The notes beneath the pieces were generated by a model, which saw only the letters and a list, made by a program, of their open reading frames with translations, had not been told where the DNA came from and did no database searches. DNA of 64,000 nt from Pseudomonadota bacterium (GTDB lineage Bacteria > Pseudomonadota > Alphaproteobacteria > Rs-D84), in contig JAEXCU010000015.1 of NCBI GenBank assembly GCA_023402015.1, forward strand, positions 67,879-131,878, read 5' to 3'. Positions 57,609 to 64,000 of the stretch are shown here, in pieces. Within the stretch, counting starts at the first letter, position 1. Every line of letters begins with the position of its first letter. The position numbers were made by a program, and so were the translations under genes.

Positions 57609-57974
57609 ATGGCAGACATTCAGAAATTAGTTGAAGAATTGTCAAAATTGACCGTTTTGGAAGCAGTTGAATTGTCCAAAGCGTTAGAAGAAACATGGGG
57701 CGTCAGTGCCGCCGCCGCTGTTGCAGTTGCAGCAGGCCCGGCCGCCGCAGCCGCCGAAGAAAAAACAGAATTTGACGTTGTACTGGCCGAAGTTGGTGCA
57801 AACAAATTGGCTGTTATCAAGGCTGTGAAAGACATCACAGGTTTGGGATTGGGCGAAGCCAAAGCATTGGTTGAATCCGCACCCAAGGCCGTGAAAGAAG
57901 CAGTTGCCAAAGACGAAGCTGAAAAAATGAAAGCAACGTTGGAAGCAGCGGGCGCCAAAATTGAATTGAAATAA
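57609..57974 (+). CDS. rplL: 50S ribosomal protein L7/L12
   Basis: An Ala-rich hinge and the C-terminal domain [24 protein letters not shown]. Confidence 0.95.
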   Translation: MADIQKLVEELSKLTVLEAVELSKALEETWGVSAAAAVAVAAGPAAAAAEEKTEFDVVLAEVGANKLAVIKAVKDITGLGLGEAKALVESAPKAVKEAVAKDEAEKMKATLEAAGAKIELK

Positions 57975-58151
57975 TTCAATTTGGAACCACGTGTTCCGAA
58001 ATAATGATAAGCCGCGATATATTGCGGCACAACGCCACAGCCCGCCCGGGAATTTTTCCCAGGCGGGCGCCAAGGCGTAAAAGCATATATAAAAAATGGC
58101 GGTATTGCACCGCGTCGTTTGCAAAACGCACAAAAAAAAGGATTGAGACCC

Positions 58152-61100
58152 ATGGCAGTTATCCAGAAACTTAGAAAATCTTTTGGAAAAAGTTTTTTGC
58201 AAACTCCGCTTCCTGATTTAGTTGAAATTCAATATAATTCTTATAAAGACTTCTTACAGGCTGATGTAGAGCCCCAGAACCGCAAAAATATTGGGTTGCA
58301 AAACGTTTTCTCGTCCATGTTCCCAATCAAGGATTATGCCGGCATTGCCGATTTGGAATTCGTTGAATATACCTTGGACAAGCCTGTTTATAACGTAAAA
58401 GAATGCATGCTGCGTAATATGACATATTCCAGCAAGCTGAAATTGAAGCTGAGATTGATTTTATGGGATGTCGCCGAAGATGGCAAAAAGACTTTGCGCG
58501 ATATCAAAGAACAAGAAATATTTATGGGCGAAGTGCCGTTAATGACAGAACGCGGCAGTTTTATCGCATCCGGTGTTGAACGCGTTATTGTTTCCCAGAT
58601 GCATCGTGCCCAGGGTGTTGTGTTTGCCACAACCAAAGAAGCCAAGGTTGCAGGGAATCCGACGACATATACCGCGCGTATTATCCCAGAACATGGCAGT
58701 TGGATTGACTTCGAGGAATACAAAGGCATCATTTACGTTCGTATTGACCGCCGCCGCAAAGTACCGGCAACTGTGCTGTTGCGTTGCCTGCCGGCCGCAG
58801 AAGATGAAAAGAAATGGGCCGCCGACCCACGCAAAGCCGCCATCCGCGGAATGAGCGAAACAGAAATTCTGTCCGCATTTTATAAACGTATACCGTTGAA
58901 ATTCGACGGCAATATGTGGCGTGGCGAAACATCTGTGTTCGAAGGACTGGATAAATACCGTTTGAACTATGATTTAATTAATCCCAAAGATAAAAAGCCA
59001 TTGGCCAACAAAGGCGACCGTTTGAATAACAAACGCCTGACTAAAATTATGTCGGCATCCAAAGAATTTGGAATTATGCCAGACAGCCTGGTTGGTGAAT
59101 ACCTGTTTGACCCGATTATGAACGGCGGCGACGTTGTTTTCCCGGCGGGTACAGAAATCACCGAAGAAATCTTGGCCGATTTGGAAAAGATGAATGTTAA
59201 AGAAATCTCGCTGATTTCTATTGATAACACAACAATCAGCGCGCACATGCGCAACACATTGATGGCCGATAAAACCACCAATCGTGAAGAAGCACTGATT
59301 GAAATTTATAACATCATTCGTCCGGGTGAACGCCCAACACTGGAAGCGGCGATTAATCTGTTCATGCGCCAGGGATTTGACGCATCTTACTATGATTTGT
59401 CCGCAGTTGGTCGCTTTAAGATGAACAAACGTTTGAAAATTGATTCTGGCAAAAAGCCCGAAGATGAGCGTTTGCTGACCAAGGGCGATTTCTTGGCCGT
59501 GTTGAAAACACTGACCAACATTATTGACCGCAAAGATACAGTTGATGATATTGATAACCTGTCAAACCGTCGTGTTCGCACGGTTGGCGAATTGCTGGAA
59601 CAGAATTTCCGCACAGGTATGGTTCGTATTGAACGCCTGGTTCGTGAAAGTCTGTCTTCACCAAACATTGCAAATATGCAGCCCCAGGATGTTATTAACG
59701 TTAAACCATTAATGTCGTTGGTATCTGAATTCTTGGGTACATCACAATTGTCCCAGTTTATGGATGCGTATAATCCGCTGTCTGAACTGGAACACAAACG
59801 TCGTATATCTGCGCTGGGGCCGGGCGGGTTAAATCGTGAACGCGCCGGAATTGATGTCCGCGACGTTCATCCGACACACTATGGTCGTTTGTGCCCAATT
59901 CACACACCCGAAGGCGCGAACATTGGTTTGATTAACCATTTGGCATCTTATGCCCGCGTGAATCCATATGGATTTATTGAAACGCCGTATTACGTTGTTG
60001 AAAACAGCAAGATTACCGACAAAATGGTATATCTGACGGCCGACGAAGAATTGGGACATAAAATTGCCCAGGGTAATACCCCGACAACATCTGCGGGTGT
60101 TTTGGCCGAAGATATGGTAACGGCCCGTGTTGACGGCGAATTTACCATGGTGCCAAAAAATGAAATTGACCTGATTGACGTTGAACCGCGTCAGGTGGTG
60201 TCCATTGCAACCGGATTAATCCCGTTCGTTGAAAATGACGACGCGAACCGTGCATTGATGGGTTCGAACATGCAACGCCAGGGCGTGCCTTTGTTGCGCG
60301 TTCAGGCGCCATTGGTTGGAACGGGTATTGAACGCGAAGTGGCACGTGATTCACGCACCGGCGTTGTTGCCAAGCACAGCGGTGTTGTTGAATCTGTTGA
60401 TGCAAACCGCATTGTGGTAAAATGCATGAACAGCCGCAACGTCGTAACCGGTGTTGATATTTACAATCTGGAAAAATTTGAACGTTCCAACAGTGAAACC
60501 CTGATTCATCAGAAACCATTGGTCAAGGTTGGCGACCGCATTTCCGCGGGCGACATTATTGCCGACGGTTCATCTATGAACTATGGTGAATTGGCATTGG
60601 GCCGCAACGTATTGGTGGCATTTATGCCATGGCGTGGATATAACTATGAAGATTCTATTGTTATTTCCGAACGCATTTCCCGCGACGACGTTTTCACATC
60701 TGTCAAGATTGTTGAAAAAGAATTTAAAGTTCGCGATACCCAATTGGGCCCAGAAAGTTTCACACGCGACATTCCAAACGTTGGTGAAGAAGCACTGAAA
60801 AATCTGGACGAATCCGGTATTATTTATGTTGGTGCACGCGTAAAACAGGGCGACATTTTGGTTGGCCGTGTTTCACCGAAATCCGAAACGTTGTTGACCC
60901 CCGAAGAAGCGTTGCTGCGCAACATCTTTGGTGAAAAGGCCTTGAATGTTAAGGATACATCACTGCGCGTTGGACCGAACGAAGAAGGTACAGTTATCGG
61001 TGTTAACGTTTTGACACGCCACGGCGTCAAGAAAGACGAACGCACCCAGATGATTGAACTGCAAAAAATTGAAAAAATTAACAAAGACCGCGAAGAAGAA

Positions 61101-62288
61101 ACTTCTATCATTGAAAAGGGCTTTGCAGACCAGGTATTCCAGATTGCCGAAGGAATGGTTATTGATGCCGGCACAGGCAGTCTGAAACCATTCATTGGCA
61201 AAAAACTGACGGGCGAAGTATTTGAAGGTATTAAACCATCTGATATTAAAAAGTTGGTTGTTCGCAACAAAGAAGCGCAGGCGAAAATTGACGAATTGCG
61301 TGAACAACATGTTGTTAAGTTAAAATTGCTGAATGAAAAGGCCGATGCAGAAATTGCCAAGGCAACAGAAAGCAATTCCCTGAACGCAGGCGTGTTGAAA
61401 GAAGTCAAGGTTTACATCGCGCATAAAATGAAATTACAGCCGGGTGATAAAATGGCCGGTCGTCATGGAAACAAGGGTATCGTATCCAAGGTTGTTCCGA
61501 TTGAAGACATGCCATATCTGGAAGACGGAACACCCGTTGATTTGGTCTTGAATCCGTTAGGTGTGCCATCGCGTATGAACATCGGTCAGATTCTGGAAAC
61601 CCATTTGGGTATGGCCGCACGTACATTGGGCCAGCAAATTGGCGAAGTTCTGGAAGAAGTCAAGGCTAAACGTGCCGTAACGGACGATTTGCGTACCATT
61701 ATGGGCAAGATTTACGGCAAAGAAACATCTGAAAAGTTGGAAAAAATGACAGACACAGATGTTCGCGCCGAAGCCGCCCTGTTGCGCGACGGTGTGCCAA
61801 TGGCAACGCCAACATTTGACGGTGCCACACCCGAAGACATTCGCAAAATGCTGAAATTGGCGAAACTGCCGGAAACGGGTCAGTTCACGCTGTATGACGG
61901 TATGACAGGCGAAAAGTTTGCGCGACCGGTAACGGTTGGTGTCATGTACATGATGAAACTGCATCACTTTGTTGATGAAAAGATTCACGCGCGTTCAATT
62001 GGTAATTATTCGCTGGTTACGCAACAGCCGCTGTCTGGTAAAGCCCACATGGGTGGCCAGCGTCTGGGTGAAATGGAAGTTTGGGCACTGGAAGCGCATG
62101 GTGCTGCACACCTGTTGCGCGAAATGCTGACCGTTAAATCGGACGATATCGCCGGCCGAAACAAGATGTATGAATCCATCATTTCCGGCAGCAATGATAT
62201 CCAAACCGGCACACCAGAGGCATTTAACGTATTCGTACGCGAATTGCGCGGATTGGGTCTGGCAATGACACCCAAAAAAATTGATTAG
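58152..62288 (+). CDS. rpoB: DNA-directed RNA polymerase subunit beta
   Basis: Motifs [25 protein letters not shown] and [15 protein letters not shown]. The ATG at 58152 follows AAAGGA. Confidence 0.95.
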   Translation: MAVIQKLRKSFGKSFLQTPLPDLVEIQYNSYKDFLQADVEPQNRKNIGLQNVFSSMFPIKDYAGIADLEFVEYTLDKPVYNVKECMLRNMTYSSKLKLKLRLILWDVAEDGKKTLRDIKEQEIFMGEVPLMTERGSFIASGVERVIVSQMHRAQGVVFATTKEAKVAGNPTTYTARIIPEHGSWIDFEEYKGIIYVRIDRRRKVPATVLLRCLPAAEDEKKWAADPRKAAIRGMSETEILSAFYKRIPLKFDGNMWRGETSVFEGLDKYRLNYDLINPKDKKPLANKGDRLNNKRLTKIMSASKEFGIMPDSLVGEYLFDPIMNGGDVVFPAGTEITEEILADLEKMNVKEISLISIDNTTISAHMRNTLMADKTTNREEALIEIYNIIRPGERPTLEAAINLFMRQGFDASYYDLSAVGRFKMNKRLKIDSGKKPEDERLLTKGDFLAVLKTLTNIIDRKDTVDDIDNLSNRRVRTVGELLEQNFRTGMVRIERLVRESLSSPNIANMQPQDVINVKPLMSLVSEFLGTSQLSQFMDAYNPLSELEHKRRISALGPGGLNRERAGIDVRDVHPTHYGRLCPIHTPEGANIGLINHLASYARVNPYGFIETPYYVVENSKITDKMVYLTADEELGHKIAQGNTPTTSAGVLAEDMVTARVDGEFTMVPKNEIDLIDVEPRQVVSIATGLIPFVENDDANRALMGSNMQRQGVPLLRVQAPLVGTGIEREVARDSRTGVVAKHSGVVESVDANRIVVKCMNSRNVVTGVDIYNLEKFERSNSETLIHQKPLVKVGDRISAGDIIADGSSMNYGELALGRNVLVAFMPWRGYNYEDSIVISERISRDDVFTSVKIVEKEFKVRDTQLGPESFTRDIPNVGEEALKNLDESGIIYVGARVKQGDILVGRVSPKSETLLTPEEALLRNIFGEKALNVKDTSLRVGPNEEGTVIGVNVLTRHGVKKDERTQMIELQKIEKINKDREEETSIIEKGFADQVFQIAEGMVIDAGTGSLKPFIGKKLTGEVFEGIKPSDIKKLVVRNKEAQAKIDELREQHVVKLKLLNEKADAEIAKATESNSLNAGVLKEVKVYIAHKMKLQPGDKMAGRHGNKGIVSKVVPIEDMPYLEDGTPVDLVLNPLGVPSRMNIGQILETHLGMAARTLGQQIGEVLEEVKAKRAVTDDLRTIMGKIYGKETSEKLEKMTDTDVRAEAALLRDGVPMATPTFDGATPEDIRKMLKLAKLPETGQFTLYDGMTGEKFARPVTVGVMYMMKLHHFVDEKIHARSIGNYSLVTQQPLSGKAHMGGQRLGEMEVWALEAHGAAHLLREMLTVKSDDIAGRNKMYESIISGSNDIQTGTPEAFNVFVRELRGLGLAMTPKKID

Positions 62289-62385
62289 TGGTTGGTCCCG
62301 GTTGCAGGTTAATTCCTGCAACCGGAACTGGCAACTAATGACTAACCACTAACAACCTCTTAAGCGACTGAAAGGAGCAAAATAT

Positions 62386-64000
62386 ATGACCAATATGTTG
62401 CAGAAGATATTCGGACAAATTGAAACCAAAGAACAGTTTGACGCCCTGCGCATCACCATCGCGTCCCCAGAAGAAATACTGTCTTGGTCCCATGGCGAAG
62501 TAAAAAAGCCCGAAACCATTAATTATCATTCTTTGAAACCAGAAGCAGAAGGATTATTCTGCCAGCAGATTTTCGGTCCGGTCAAGGATTATGAATGTGC
62601 ATGCGGTAAATATAAAAGAATTAAATTCCGTGGTGTTGTTTGCGAACGCTGTAATGTGGAGGTTGGACCATCCACAGTTCGTCGTGAACGCATGGGCCAC
62701 ATTAAATTGGCAATGCCCGTCGCGCATACATGGTTCCTGCGCGAAGGCAAAATTGCGACATTGTTAAACAATCTGCCCCAGAAAAAACTGGAACAGGTTA
62801 TTTCATATGATGCGTACATTGTTGTTGAACCGGGTTTAACCAACCTGAAACAATATGACGTCATCAGCGAAGATGAATACCAGGCCGCCGTTGAAGAATT
62901 CGGTGCGGACGCATTCCACGTTGGCATTGGTGCCGAAGGCGTACGCAATATTATCGCGAACCTGGATATGGGCGACGAACGCACACGTCTGCGCGCGGAA
63001 TTGGCCGAAACCAAATCTGAGGCCAAACGCAAAGCGTTAATCAAACAATTAAAATTGGTAGAGGCATTCTTGGATTCCAAAACCGATCCTGCATGGATGT
63101 TGCCGGATATTATCCCGGTTATCCCACCAGATATGCGTCCATTGGTAACATTGGATGCGGGACATGTTGCGGCATCTGACCTGAACGATTTGTATCGTCG
63201 CGTTATCATTCGCAACAATCGTTTGAAAAGATTTATTGAAATGCATGCGCCGGAAATCATTGTTCGCAATGAAAAACGCATGTTGCAGGAAGCGGTTGAT
63301 TCATTATTTGACAACGGCCACAAGGCCCGTCCAATGGTGTCGCAAAACCGCCGCCCACTGAAATCATTGTCTGATTCACTGCGTGGAAAATCCGGTCGTT
63401 TCCGTATGAACATGTTGGGTAAACGTGTTGATTATTCCGGCCGCAGTGTAATTGTATCTGGTCCGTCATTAAAACTGCACCAGGTTGGTTTGCCGAAAAC
63501 AATGGCATTGGAATTGTTCAAACCATTCGTTTTTGCGCGTCTGTTGTCGGGTGATTATGCAAATACATTAAAGACAGCCCGTAAAATGGTTGAAAACGGC
63601 GAAGACGTTGTTTGGGAAATATTGGAAAAAGTTATCCATGAACACCCCGTTTTGTTGAACCGTGCGCCGACATTGCACCGTTTGTCATTGCTGGCATTTG
63701 AACCGGTTTTGATTGAAGGCAAGGCGATACGTCTGCACCCATTGGTCTGCAAAGGATTTAATGCTGACTTTGACGGCGACCAGATGTCCGTTCACGTTCC
63801 AATTTCACTGGAAGCACAATTGGAAGCACGCACATTAATGTTATCTTCTAATAACATTTTGTCCCCGGCCAATGGTGAACCTATGATTGAATTGTCCCAG
63901 GACATGGTTTTGGGTGTATACTATATTTCGTTGATTAATGGCGAACACACGGAAAAATCACCGCATTTTGCCAATATGGACGAAGTGAAATTGGCGTTGG
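62386..64000 (+). CDS. rpoC: DNA-directed RNA polymerase subunit beta' (5' part; continues beyond the window)
   Basis: My own translation gives [47 protein letters not shown]...CACGKYKR. The motif NADFDGDQM lies near 63760. RBS AAAGGAG. Confidence 0.95.
   Translation, partial: MTNMLQKIFGQIETKEQFDALRITIASPEEILSWSHGEVKKPETINYHSLKPEAEGLFCQQIFGPVKDYECACGKYKRIKFRGVVCERCNVEVGPSTVRRERMGHIKLAMPVAHTWFLREGKIATLLNNLPQKKLEQVISYDAYIVVEPGLTNLKQYDVISEDEYQAAVEEFGADAFHVGIGAEGVRNIIANLDMGDERTRLRAELAETKSEAKRKALIKQLKLVEAFLDSKTDPAWMLPDIIPVIPPDMRPLVTLDAGHVAASDLNDLYRRVIIRNNRLKRFIEMHAPEIIVRNEKRMLQEAVDSLFDNGHKARPMVSQNRRPLKSLSDSLRGKSGRFRMNMLGKRVDYSGRSVIVSGPSLKLHQVGLPKTMALELFKPFVFARLLSGDYANTLKTARKMVENGEDVVWEILEKVIHEHPVLLNRAPTLHRLSLLAFEPVLIEGKAIRLHPLVCKGFNADFDGDQMSVHVPISLEAQLEARTLMLSSNNILSPANGEPMIELSQDMVLGVYYISLINGEHTEKSPHFANMDEVKLAL

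Overview
This 64-kb window looks like a moderately AT-rich alphaproteobacterial chromosome. The alphaproteobacterial assignment rests on a DUF2312/GapR-type gene, a SPOR-tailed DacA, and the order tRNA-Trp-secE-nusG-rplKAJL-rpoBC. The organism is probably host-associated, but that is inference only.

Core housekeeping genes: comF, valS, rpmH, gyrA, rmuC, def-fmt-truA, comEC, pyk, dacA, recR, rsmA, kefB-like, lspA, yidC, and the secE-to-rpoC cluster.

These are interrupted by accessory material:
1. A 178-bp duplication scar at tRNA-Glu, followed by three orphan genes (HD-like, HExxH, secreted).
2. An island of about 10.8 kb at the 3' end of tRNA-Gln. It is bounded by decayed tRNA 3'-end copies. 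It carries a tyrosine recombinase, an invertible two-cassette hsdS locus, hsdM, hsdR, and a DUF2924/serine-recombinase ORF.
3. An 810-aa orphan protein behind a ~255-nt highly structured, terminator-ended leader.
4. A marR-tolC-adaptor-RND efflux operon with an unusually short adaptor.
5. A virB8-virB9-virB10 cluster with no virB11 or virD4. Its VirB9 carries a C-terminal SPOR domain. Its VirB10 (806 aa) has an extra N-terminal beta-rich module and a 208-aa Cys-rich tail.

The least expected signal is a conserved ~110-nt leader RNA present twice, upstream of a small XRE regulator and of a Cys-rich secreted protein. It has hairpin, anti-terminator, terminator and anti-SD pairings, with compensatory changes between the two copies. 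I cannot assign it to any known family.

I saw no rRNA genes and no CRISPR array. Many track ORFs are antisense shadows of the real genes.
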